Shown here in pieces: positions 35,256-47,680 of a DNA stretch of 64,000 bases. The notes beneath the pieces are model-generated. The model did no database searches. It was not told the origin of the DNA and was given only the letters and a program-made list of their open reading frames with translations. The translations under genes were made by a program, and so were the position numbers. The stretch lies in the NCBI GenBank assembly GCA_047967505.1, contig CM106538.1. One strand, written 5' to 3'. This DNA comes from Dipteris shenzhenensis (lineage: Eukaryota). The stretch's first letter is position 1; every line of letters starts with the position of its first letter.

Positions 35256-38200
35256 TGTCACTAAGTTGTAAATATCCTAAGTCTTAATTTCTCCTTTCAA
35301 GCAGCATGATGTTGTACTTGGTACACCGTGGTTCCATCGAAAGGAAGTAAAGATAGAATACCCTGAGAGGGTACTGAATTTTATCCATAGAGGGAAAAAC
35401 CAGCGTTTAGTTGCTAGGAATAAAGGGGAAACTATTCCCATTGTATCTGATGTTACATGTGGTAAAGCAATAAAGTCTGCAATTTTCGCATACATGGTTT
35501 TTGTAAAAGAAAAAGAAAACGATATGCATGTTGAAATGAATGATGCAGACAATGATAAATTTCAGTTTCTTGTGAACTTTAAAGATTGTTCTTCAGATGC
35601 TTTTCCAGGGGAGTTACCCCCAGAGAGACTAGAAGATTGTTAGATAGAGTTAATGCATATATGCAGACTTAGCCTTGAGATTAGGGATTGAAACTAAAGA
35701 GCTAGGCAGAGCTCTTGATGCTGATCAGATGTTCCTTGGGGATCCAGTGCAAGTCACTCCTTTGCTTGGAAAGCTTCGTGTCCATGTACGGAATTATATA
35801 GATCAGGAGGACTTCTTAATTTCTCCTCTCAAGCAGCATGATGTTGTACTTGGTACACCGTGGTTCCATCGAAAGGAAGTAAAGATAGAATACCCTGAGA
35901 GGGTGCTGAGTTTTATCCATAGAGGGAAAAACCAGCGTTTAGTTGCTAGGAATAAAGGGGAAACTATTCCCATTGTATCTGATGTTACATGTGGTAAAGC
36001 AATAAAGTCTGCAATTTTTGCGTACATGGTTTTTGTAAAAGAAAAAGGAAATGATATGCATGCTGAAATGAATGATGCAAACAATGATAAATTTCAGTTT
36101 CTTGTGAACTTTAAAGATTGTTTTTCAGATGCTTTGCCAGGGGAGTTACCCCCAGAGAGACCAGAAGATCATCAGATAGAGTTAATGCCTGATAGTGAGC
36201 CACCAAATAGACCACCTTATAGAGTCAGTGCGATTCAAAGAGAGGAGATTATGGCTCAGGTACAGGACTTGCTGTCCAAAGGGTTGATTCAGCCCAGCTC
36301 ATCTCCTTTTTGCTCACCGGTACTTCTAGTACAGAAGAAAGATGATTTTTTTCGAATGTGTATTGATTACTGCGCATTAAATAAGATGACCATCAAAAAT
36401 AGATTTTCGATACCATGCATAGATGATGTGCTTGACCAGCTTAGAGAAGCAACCGTTTTCAATAAGATAGACTTGAAGAGTGGTCAGAATACAATCACAA
36501 GATGTGTATAAGACAGCTTTTCACACTACATTTGGGTTGAATGAATACTTAGTGATGCCTTTTGGATTAACAAATGCTCCAACCACATTCAATAGAATGA
36601 TGGATTGCATCTTCTGAAAGTATAAGCACTTCACAGGGACTTTCTTTGATGATATCCTAGTCTTCTCAAAGATAGAAGAGCACAGAGAACATCTTGCTTT
36701 GGTGTTTCAAGAACTTCGAAATCATCAGCTTTTTGCCAACAGCAAGAAAAGTGAATTATTTTTTGAAGAGATCCATTATCTAGGGTACATATTATCCAAG
36801 AATGGGATACAGATGTATTCTGCAAAGATCCGAGCCATCCAAGAATGGCCAGAGCTGAAAACTGTGCATGAAGTCCGTAGTTTTTTGGGACTCTGCTCCT
36901 ATTACAGGAGATTCATCAGGCATTTTGCTGATATTGCAGCTCCACTACATGATCTTACCAAGAAAAATGCAGCCTTCACATGGGAAATGTCGCAGAAGAA
37001 AGCATTCAATACACTCAAGGAGAAATTGACTACAGAGCCTATTCTTGTAGTCTCGGATCTTTATCAACCTTTTGATGTTGATTGCGATGCTTGTGGAGAG
37101 TGTGTTGGGACTGCATTGCATTAGAATGGACATGTAGTAGCATACGAAAGCTGAAGATTGCGTGATGCTGAGAGATATTTGGGAATCTAGTTCATGCTGT
37201 GAATACATGGAAGCAAAAGCATATGAAATGGGCAAACATGCTGTCAATGTATCATTTTCAGATTGTCCATACTCCGAGAGCAAGAAATAGAGTGGCTGAT
37301 GCCTTGTCCCGAAGACCTCAGGTACGTAATGTGATAATTGCACATCACATGGATCTTGAGGAAATGAGGGAGCAATATGCCAATGATGTTGATTTTGGTG
37401 AAATATTTCAGCAAATACAAGAGGGACAGTCATCCAGTCAATATTCAATGAAAGATGGGTACTTGATGAAAGATGACTATTTATGCATCACCCAAGAGAT
37501 GAGGCAAAAGATTTTGGATGAATGCCATGCACCTCCATATGCAGGACACCGAGGGATTGCAGCCACAACCTAAGCTATTGAGAGGTATTTTTATTGGCCA
37601 GGTATGCGCAAGGACATACATCAGTTTGTCACAGAATGCCTTACTTGTCAAAAAGTCAAGTATGACAGACATAAGACACTTGGTTTATTGATGCCTCTTC
37701 CCATGCCTCAAGCACCATGGGAAAGTATTGCAATGGATTTTATCTTTGACTTGCCACGGTCAAAGTCTGGAAATGGTGGAATATGGACTATTATTGATAG
37801 ATTTAGTAAGCAAGCCCATTTTATTCTAGTGCGCAAAACCATAAAGGCTGATCACATGGCCAAGCTCTTTTTGGCACATATTTTCAAGCATCATGGTATG
37901 CCTAAATCCATTGTCAGTGATAGAGACCCCAGGATGACTAGTTTATTCTGGAGAGCTTTATTTGATAATATGGGGACAAAACTGGAAATTTTCCTCTACC
38001 ATCTGTTTGAACTGGCAAATTCAACAGTTTTGGATCTGCTGAAATGCTACGTGGCTGAGCAGAAATCAGATTGGGAAAAGTATCTCCCACTAGTGGAGTT
38101 TGCTTATAATAATACAATTCACAACTCCACTGGAAAAGCTCCATTTGAGGTCATTTATGGGAAGGTGGTTCTTCCACCCATACTCAGGACCAAAGATGAG

Positions 38201-39503
38201 ATATTTGCAACTTTCAGTCAGGTTTGGACAGCCATTGAAAGATCTTAGGAAAAGCACAAGAAGGCTGCAGATAAGCACAGAAGGCAGATGGATCTCAAAG
38301 AAGGAGATTGGGTACTCCTAAAGTTTGAGAAAGCAAGGCTCAAGAAGCTCAAGGGTAAAGAAAAAGTTTATGTTAAGCTATCTCCTAGGTACTATGGACC
38401 TTTTCAGGTTACAAAAGAGAGAAATGAGGCGGCTTTTAGATTGGACTTACCAGAGCATTGCAAAATTCACAATGCTTTTCATATAAGGCTTCTCAAGAAA
38501 TTCCAGGGACTCCAGCCTTCAGAACCAATAATGGAAGATCCACCAGAGGTGGAAGAGCTGGAGGAAATCCTTCAACCATAACAGATTGTGTATCATGCGG
38601 TACGCAAAGGTCCTCATGGCAAGGAATTTTACAGATTTCTTGTAAAATTCAAGAACTATTCGGCATTCAATACCAAGTGAATGGATGAAGACATGTTGTC
38701 CAATCATCCACAGCTTTTGGATGTTTACAAGGAAGCTTTTCAGCTGAGGTCAACTGAATAGAAGCCGAGGGGATGTCACCAAGTTGTAAATATCCTAAAT
38801 TAAAGTATTGAGTTGACCATTTATTTGATCATAATTAAAGAGTTTTTCATTTGTATTAATGATGGTCAAAGAGTCCCTTTAATGGTAAAAGAATTGACTT
38901 TGGTCAAACAACCTAACTTCGGTTAGGAAGACTTGGTTTAATTAACCAAGATGTGCCAACTTCGATTGGAGAGACTTGGCATTAATTAAAGTGCTTTGAT
39001 GAATAATCAAGCCTGTAATTATTTATTGAGAGGGGTTAATCTCGATTAACTCAAGAATCTGTTTATATATATTTGTTATGTGCGTACATGTGTTTAGTGG
39101 GAATGCCCTCAGTGACTAGGATTAGTCAACAGTTTATTTTTCGCATGCAAAGCGATAACAAGTAATGGGTGCCATGGTTATGCGATTAATTTAATTGTTG
39201 CAGTATAAGAAAGGTTCTAGACTTGGGCATTGCGGAGCCCCGTGAGCGATTAGGAGCTATTCGTGTGACCAAGTGCTAAGAAGACCCCAGAAGACCTTAC
39301 CCATGGACATGGGATTAAAACTAGGCTAAAAATTAGACAAGTGGAAACTTGCCAAATGAATGAGCCACGAGCTCTTGTAAAACAATTCACGTTTTGAATT
39401 TCTGTAACACAGCTCTACGCTGAACTTTGTATTCAGATTCTCTTTCATGAATAAAGACCTTCGGGGGGGTCCAGCCTGACATGTTGTCTTGCGCCCTAAT
39501 GTT

Positions 39504-39545
<42 letters not shown>

Positions 39546-40200
39546 GTTTGAGAGATGTTTGAAACTTGGTTTCAGCTGGTCACATCGCGGCACTGTTCAG
39601 GGCCTTTGCAGGCCTGTTTGCTGCCGCGTGGCAGCCCGCTGGCCTGTGTGGGGGGGCCTGCGTGGCCACCCCTTGGTGCTGTTGCCCCATCCCCAGCAGG
39701 CCTTATATGAGGAGAGGTGGGTCAACTGTTGATTGGCCACCTAGACTTTGGTTGGCCTGGTTGGGGCAGGGGGTCAGCCCCAATATGGCTGTCTAGCCTT
39801 CCCCTTTTATAGGGCAGGAGGGGGTTGGCCCCTTGGAGCATCTCAGTCAGCCCTCGAGGCAGGGTTTCAGCCCCTTTATAGGGCTGCGTGCCAGCCCTCA
39901 TGTGCAGTAGGGGGTCAACCCTATGCAGTAGGGTGGGTCGGCCCACCTAGGTTGCTGGTTGGCTAGATAGACCAGCCGACTAGGGGAGGGTAGGCTGCCT
40001 ATATATAGGCCCTCTCCCTCACTTGTTTCGCATCTCATTGTGGAGCATCACTGTCTTTCAGTGGAGGTTTTCCCCAGCATTTCAGGGTTTTTTCCTGAGA
40101 TCCATTGCAGTCTCTGTCTCTTTCTCTCCTTTCAGTTCAGTTGGTGTGTGGCTCGGTTTGCTCTCTTCATTTCTATTCAGTTCCACTGCGCTTCTCACGT
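35256..40200 (+). mobile_element. Ty3/Gypsy chromovirus with collapsed 5' LTR; 3' LTR starts at 38774, right boundary approximate
   Basis: tgtcac(t/c)aagttgtaaatatcctaa occurs at both 35256 and 38774. A purine-rich PPT precedes 38774 and pol lies in between. Confidence 0.8.
35675..38760 (+). pseudogene. Gypsy pol: protease tail, RT, RNase H, integrase, chromodomain
   Basis: [121 protein letters not shown] (chromodomain-like). Confidence 0.93.
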
Positions 40201-40390
40201 ATATATGGTCATAAGAAGGAAGATCATCAAACGATGCATGTGGGCAATTCAAAAGAGGTGGCTGTGTTGAATTTCTCATCACAACTTGAATAGGAGCGCC
40301 TCTTCTGGAAATCAGCTTGCTGCAAGTTTCTCTCTCGTTTTGTGTCTCGTGGTCTTGGATCGTCACCGCCAAGTGAGGTGGTGGGCATGC

Positions 40391-40917
40391 GCTCTGATAC
40401 CACTGCAACCCAAGCTCAAATCTTCCAAAGAAACCTCACTTCGATTCAAGAAGAGAGAGAGAGATAGGGCACCATAAGGTGAAATTTTGACACATGCTAG
40501 CCCCCCCCGCCCCCCCCCGAAGCGCGCGCGCACACACAGGATTTTATTACAAGAAGAAAATAGCTTTTCTTGAAAGTAAATGATTTTCCTGCTTTCTTGC
40601 TTGTGGTACCTTCTTATAAGCTGGCCGCCCCATTTAACTGTGCTTTTCCCTGAAACTTACTCTCTAGTCCCCTGTCACAAATAAACAAATCCAACACGTT
40701 TCACCCATTAATGGTCAGCCAATGCATGCTTTCTTGTGCTCTTGACTAATCCTAGTCCTTTGTGGGCATCCCCACCATGTAAGTAAGACAATAATAGAAA
40801 CTTTCTCTAGTTGACCAAAGTCAACTCTCTTTGACAGGAGTCAAAATAAAATCTCTCTCTTTATTACTTGGGTTAAATACAATTCTGTGACATAGATTAC
40901 CGAGATGTTGGGTTTCA
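40391..40917 (-). mobile_element. LTR (40404-40917) plus PBS (40391-40402) of a minus-strand LTR element, mostly deleted
   Basis: gctctgatacca is the reverse complement of the iMet PBS. LTR ends tgcaacccaa / ttgggtttca form a 9/10 inverted repeat. Confidence 0.7.
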
Positions 40918-43033
40918 CAGATCTAGGAAGCTACTTGACATATAGATGCGCCCCCTTTGTCTTATTCAAATAAATTTAGCAGGGCTTTGGGATTTAGTCT
41001 TCAACACAAGCTTACATGGATGCAATACTAAAGCATGACTGCATAACACATGGTAAAGATACCTCAGTTAGATCTGATTTGATGCCATGGTGGATGCATG
41101 TTGGAATATGCCACCTCATGTGGGCTCCTAAAAGCCTCTAACCACTTAACAATGACATAAGGCCATAGGTGGTTTGCCTAAGATATAAAGTCTACCAATC
41201 TTAGAACCTTTATTAACACTAGCCATCAATCACCCTGAGGGTGAATTGATTAACTAAATCCATAATTCACCTCGAGGGTGAATTAATGAACTAAATCCAT
41301 AGTTCATCAACTAAATCCATAGTTCATCACTCACTTTTTGAAGAGGGGCTACTTGGGCTTGGGTGGGGAGCCAAGCAAAGGAGGGGAAAGGAAAACTGAG
41401 AGGAGGGGTGGAAGGGATGTAAAGGTAGGGAGGTGGATGGGACGTAAAGGTAGGGAGGGGCGAGTCAGAAGAGGAAGGGGGAGGAGGGGGGCAGTATAGA
41501 TTGATGTCGAGAAAACTTGGATCTTGGATACTTTCACATGTCTTCTTTCTTTACGAGGCATTGCTTGCTGGACAATCTTCATGTTGAAAAGCCGCTGATG
41601 TTCTGTAAGCACCAAGGTGCTCATGTTTGACGGAGGGGTTCCCTTAGTGAAAGTTATCAAAATTTAAAGCATTAAAGGGAGATGACCTGACCTGCAGGGG
41701 TGAGGGGGAGAAGCTGAGAGGAGAGTTGGAAGGGAGGTAGCAGGTCACTAGTAGAGGAGTAGGGTAGGCAAAGGAAAGAGTCAAAGTGGGGGTAGGCTAG
41801 ATGGGAGTTTGAGAGCTTGGATTTCTTTGAAACTAGAATCAATGGCATGTACCTTGCGTTTTAATGTATGGCCCCAAAACCTATACAACCGAAGTGTTAG
41901 ATTCTAGATCTGGACTCTACAAAGAGACTAGGACTGAAGTAGTGGTAACACAAGTGTAAGCTAGAGTTGGCTCATTATTAGGACTGTGGAAGGCATCATG
42001 CAATCTATTGTCGTTTTAGGTTTGGGGAGCGATCGGGGTATGATCCTTTTTGGGGAGGGTTATCCTCTGCATGCTCAGTTTCAGCTAAGCATAGCGGCCT
42101 TTGACGCAGTTTGTTGGAGCTTCACTCTCATGAGGTACCATGGACCAAGGGGAGCCCCACTTAGAAGCCATGCAAATAGTGGCTAGCCATGCGCCAGTCA
42201 ATTAGATGAAACTGTTTGTGTTTGAGGTGAGGTGCCCTAACTGCTCGGTCGGCCAAGGTTTCAGCCAGTGGGCCTATCTGTAGCTGGCCAAAAGGGGCTT
42301 TCCTCCTAAACAGTCATTGAGTAGCGCAGAGCAGCTTAGAGCGCTGTTGTACCTTGACAATTTTGGTGCAGCTGTTGTAATACCTTGGGTAGGGCAGCCT
42401 ATATGGATCTGGTTTGACCAGTGTGTTGGAGCCTTCTTGTGAATTTGGGGTAGTTTTATGGCCTCTAATTCATTTTATATCCATTAAACATTTATTTATC
42501 TTACAGATTTGCTTGATGATTGCTGAGCTGGCTCCTATCTATTTTCGTGTGCTTATCTTTATTTTAAGTTCTGGGAGTTACAATAGTTGGATCTATAGTT
42601 CAACCAAATTAGTCTTTTGATATATCGTTTCCAGATAATTTGGGCTAGCAATGTTGACCAACTGCATTATGAAATTCTAGGACTTGGTGTTGAGAATGTT
42701 GTGCGTGTGATATACTACAAAATTAGAGAGCATTTCGTACTTACATTTCAAGGCTGGGTACATTTAATGTAGGGACATACTGGAAAAGGAAAATAAAAAT
42801 TGTAGGACGTACTGGAGTAAGATGGTTTCACAGTTGCATATGTTTGAAAATATGAATTATGTGAAGCAGTCAATATATTGAACTGAACTAGCTCAGGGGG
42901 AAAATTGCTCGGGGTAGGATAGGATCTGAGTAGTCATGTTCTATAGAATTTAAACATTGTGAAATGAACAATTGACGTACTTGTAATTGATAGTGGCAGT
43001 GTTTTCTGAATTTTCCTTCTGTATTTGTTCCAG

Positions 43034-43414
43034 GTCTTTGATGTTGTTAGAAACGAAATTTGGTACAAGCCAGATGTTGCTCTTTACTCACTCATGATTG
43101 CAGCATTAGGTCGGAACAATATGGTTGAGGAAGTTGACAATTTATTTACAATCTCACAGGAAGAAGGGCTAGAGCCCCATCCACGTTTCTGTTCAGAAGT
43201 TGTATGTGCATATCTACGCACAGGAAACTCGAAGAGAGCTATGGATTTGTATGATCAATTTAAGAAAGAAGGGTTTTTACCTTGTCAGGTGACATATGGT
43301 ATTCTCCTGAAAGGCTTGCAAAGAAATGGAGAATTGGACCTAGCAGCTGCAGTTCAAAAAGAGTACAAGGAGGCCCTAGCAGCAGGTCTAGTAGAAAATG
43401 CTCTGATCTCATAA
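43034..43414 (+). CDS. THA8: THA8-family short PPR protein, exon 2 (PPR motifs; spliced product 234 aa)
   Basis: Polypyrimidine tract plus cag| acceptor at 43033. VFDVVRNEIWYKPDVALYSLMIAALGRN..FCSEVVCAYLRTG..TYGILLKGL continues exon 1 in phase 0 and is intact to TAA. Confidence 0.9.
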   Translation, partial: VFDVVRNEIWYKPDVALYSLMIAALGRNNMVEEVDNLFTISQEEGLEPHPRFCSEVVCAYLRTGNSKRAMDLYDQFKKEGFLPCQVTYGILLKGLQRNGELDLAAAVQKEYKEALAAGLVENALIS

Positions 43415-43437
43415 CATTTCGCATCTTTGTTTGCGGA

Positions 43438-43475
<38 letters not shown>

Positions 43476-46400
43476 ACTCATCCACCCATATCTTACACGA
43501 GTTCAATGGGCAAGGGAGGTGGCAACATAGCCTGCAAAGATATTTATTTACATGAACTCACACATGGCCTGGAAAGGTACTTCTGTGCTCCCACTCGAAT
43601 GCCTATAGCGGTCATGCGAATCCTGTAGCTGTGCTCGAATGAAAAGGTCACAATGTGTATTAAGATCAGCTGTTTCCTAGAGACTTCTTGTACTACGATT
43701 GTCCTATCTTGGCCTTGTCAGAGGTTCAAGAAACAAGTAGACTGTAAATGCTGGATAGTTTTGGAGTAATCTAAACCTTTCTGGTGCTTGTATTTTATAG
43801 CATTCAAGAAACAGTGTGATGAGCTACCATGTCTCATTATAGCATCCAAGAAATAGTCTGATGAGCTAAGGAAACCCATGTCTCATTGTTTCTTGTGCTC
43901 TCTCTCTCTCTCTCTCTCTACGCACACACGTGTGTGTTGTGTGCTGCTTCTTTCCCAAGTATGTATTGCTCATCAATGTAGCATTCACTTTTTTCAAGTA
44001 GGTTTTTCTTTTCAGCTAATTTTCTTCATTATGTTCCTATCAATGCCTTAGGAGTAGCTGATTTGTATGGTTGTTTTTTCAAGCATTAATAGAAAGTTCT
44101 TTTCTCTAGAAAAAATGAGATCTAGAAGAAAAGGAACGGCAGGAGGCAAAAGGCAAACTAAAATGCAATAGGCAAGAGGGTGAGAGGAAAGTGAAGGGCA
44201 AGGTAAAGTGCTCAAAGAAAATAAAGGGTGGGTTTTGGAATGGTTGCAATTGATGCATATAATGAGCCGCTTCACTATGATAAGAGTGCTAAGCATGACT
44301 ACTATTTGCTTTGTATTGCAACTTAAAATATATGACACTCATAGGGATTCTAGCCCACGACTGCAACCCGCGACGTTGTTGTGCCCTTGGCCATGCCCCG
44401 CGCACCTCCCGTCGTAGCAACCCGACGTCGCCACGCCCCCATCCCACGGTGGCGCCTCGTGCTCCCGAGTCGGGTCGGGACGCGTGGTGCCCCGAACGTT
44501 GTCGCGCCCCCGGCCACGTCTCACGCGCCCATGCCTCTGTGTTGTAAACTTTTTAAGAACATAGCTTTCAAGTTTCGCATGTGGCAAAGTACTCATTGGG
44601 TACTTGTTTGTACTATTTGAAGGCTATGTTGTCAAAAGTGGCAAGGAAGTACATTAAGTACTCTTTCTCCAGGTTTACTTGTAGAATTGTAACTGTTAAC
44701 AAAAAAATTTGCAAATGCGATTGGGGTTTCTCTCCCCTGTGTCACATGAAACTTTGAAACTTTGGCTTCCCATGCTAATTGGAAGGTTGGACATTAATGA
44801 GACTTTTGTATTTACAATGAATTCAAGAAAGAAGTGTTATCGATGGATTCCAACTTCTTTCTTGTGATGGTGATGAGGCTCCATTTTATTGTTCTTGTTG
44901 CCAAAGCTCGCTCAAATTTGCTAAAGGTGGGGTTCTTTGATCCTCTCGGTCACTCCCTTCTTCCTCTTTTTTCAACATTAGTATTGGCATATTGTTCGGC
45001 CTGCTCGCTTCCCTTGGTCAAGGATTTTTCTTCTTTAGTTATAGTCCATGAGTCTTCTTTTCAGATCTTTAATTTTGGCAATCAACTCTTCTCTTTATGA
45101 TGGTATCTTGCTTGGCATCTTGTGCTTGCATCCATTGGATCTTACATTTACCACAAGTTGCACTCCACTAGTTTCTTTAACACAAACCACTTTGTATTCA
45201 CTAGCAGGATTGCTATATCTTAACTTCGAATGGTGGTGGTGCATGATGCTAGAGGTAGTGGATTCAGTTGTACTCCACTAGCTTCTCCAACATAAACCAC
45301 TTTGTGTTCCCCAGTAGGATTGCTAAATGTCAACACTGAATGGTGATGCTGTATGAAGGTGGATCTTTGGTTTGTCCCATGGCCCTTTAATTCATACGTT
45401 TGTGATGGCCAATTTTCTTTTCTAGATGACCAGTGGGGTGTTGCCCTCACCAAGCAATGTGAATCGTCATCAAGCAAATATGTAGCATGGGGGGCAAGGG
45501 GAAATGAAAATGATGAATATTACGAGAGAGGAAAGATGTGCAAACAAATGGAATTGAAGCTTGTTCTCTTGCTCATCCAAAATGGAATTCAAGCTTGTTT
45601 TCTTGCTCATCCAAAACGGTAGTTAAATACAAACGGCCGGACTCTACGCATATGGTTTGCCTTGGTAGTAGAGATGGCCCAAACTCCTAGAACTCTAGAG
45701 CCTTATACACGCAACCTTCCCTCACACTTTTGTGGTGGGTTCTACCCATTGTGTTTACAATTGTTTGCACATCCTTGTCAGAAAAGGGGCCAAGTTCCAT
45801 TATAACATATCATTTAAAACATCTTTCTCCTTCAAAGATCCCTCGTATATTATCATGTCTCTTCCTCAACTTGGACAGCATCTTCCTTGGTTGTCACTTC
45901 TTTCAATTTTGTCTTATTCTTTTCCTCTTCTATTGTAACAATAGGCACATTACTCTAATAGTCAGGGTCCTTCGTTGACTCGCCTTGTCACATAGCATTG
46001 CCTTGCTTGTCCTTTAGCATTTGTTTGTAGGGAACTAGGCTTCCGGCACACAATGTTGACAAGACAGTATGAGCTACTCCCCATTTCACCTAGTCCTTTT
46101 CCCATTCACTCCTCAATCAGGAGCTCGGCTCATTTGCTTCACCCTTTGGCCAAAGTATTCACCTTCGACTTCAATTGAATCCCTAAAAAGTAAGTTCTAG
46201 GGTTCAACACTATGTAAGTTAAATGTATTTAAATTTTGAAATAGTAACAGTGATTTAAGAATAATTTTAAAATACATACAATCTTCATTAAGTTGAACTA
46301 TGAAAATGATTCGCACCATGATAGTTTTAGATTATGACACTACTCATCAAGTCACCACGTGCTCACTCAATGAGATGTCTATCATGTAATCCCCATAATA

Positions 46401-47680
46401 CTGCATAATATGGGGTATCTTATCTAGAAGTTGGACTTTCATGATAAGCACAACCTCCAAATGGAATGGAACTCAAGAATTGCAAGAGACTCAAGCGACT
46501 ACTAGGCAACACATGGAGAAGGTGGCCTAAGTGTGAAAGACAAGAGGCTACCATTGAGCATACAAAAGGAGGAATCTAGTCATGCTCTTAGATGCTCAAA
46601 GAGAGCAAATTCTATGGAAGAGGATTTTGTCTAAAAAGAAGGGATTGTTTGATATCAAAAAATAATTATAGTTATATGCTTAACTACAACTAAAATGAAG
46701 TTGGTCAACATTGCATACTATCTATAGAATTTTTCAGATCTGGGTCTTAATTGTGGCACTAAGTATATGAATCCACTTAGAACTAAGGGTAGAGTTTAGC
46801 CTTTCAAAATCCATGTCGTTCAATGTCAAATGTATGTATTGTGTGTAAGAGGTGTATGAACCTTAGCATAAGAGGAATGCAATTAGTTCTCATTACCTAG
46901 TCCTAACGCATTTGTGTTTTAAACGGCCAATGTATTTGCACAAAAAGCTTAATGCTTAGTCGTGTAATGTTTCTAAGTGGGTCAAACTATTGAATCAAAA
47001 TCATTTGCAATGTGAATCAGTTTGAACCAATTGGGCAAAAATTAGATAACTAAGATTAGGCTAAATTTGTTAAAATTTCCAAGCATTTTTACACCAAAAA
47101 GTTGAATTTGTCCTTGAAGCACAATGATCACCCCTTATGTGTGTAACCTCTCTCTAAAGAGACAAAACATAATGTCACTATAGTGGTCATCAAACAAAAT
47201 GGAGATATATACAATCAAGGTCAAATAATATTTTTGTTATTGAAGAAGGAAAAACATTTTAAGAATTTGAATGTTTTCAACAATTTTGGACAACTCAAAC
47301 ACTACAAGATGGTGGGTAGGTTTAGGTCCATGGCACATCATGGTAAGTGATTTCCTATTAAAAAGCCAAGGAATCTAGAAGATATATTTTCATCATGGAA
47401 ATTGATGCCCGACAATAGATTGACAAACTTGCGTTCTAATCACATGAAGGTCGGTTAGGAAGAAAGCTTGTAAACCAAATATTGCTCAAAATCTCTTTAT
47501 CAATTGGAGTAATTGTAATAAGAGAGGTTTTATCATCAAGACTTCTTACAAACCCATAAAAAGTTGCAAAGACATCAAGATTTGTTGGCAATTCAAATTG
47601 CTTTTCTTAAACCTGGGAAGTCACTGCACGGGAGGACATCCAAGAACCACAAATCCACGAAGAGTAAAACCAAGAAGAAA

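Noticed and set aside
41349-42460. Possible LINE ORF1 remnant on the minus strand
   Set aside because: No diagnostic motif recoverable by eye; left unannotated.
43855-43890. ctgatgag..gaaac hammerhead-like core
   Set aside because: Stem II cannot close and no stem I/III partners are visible; it is part of a short local duplication.
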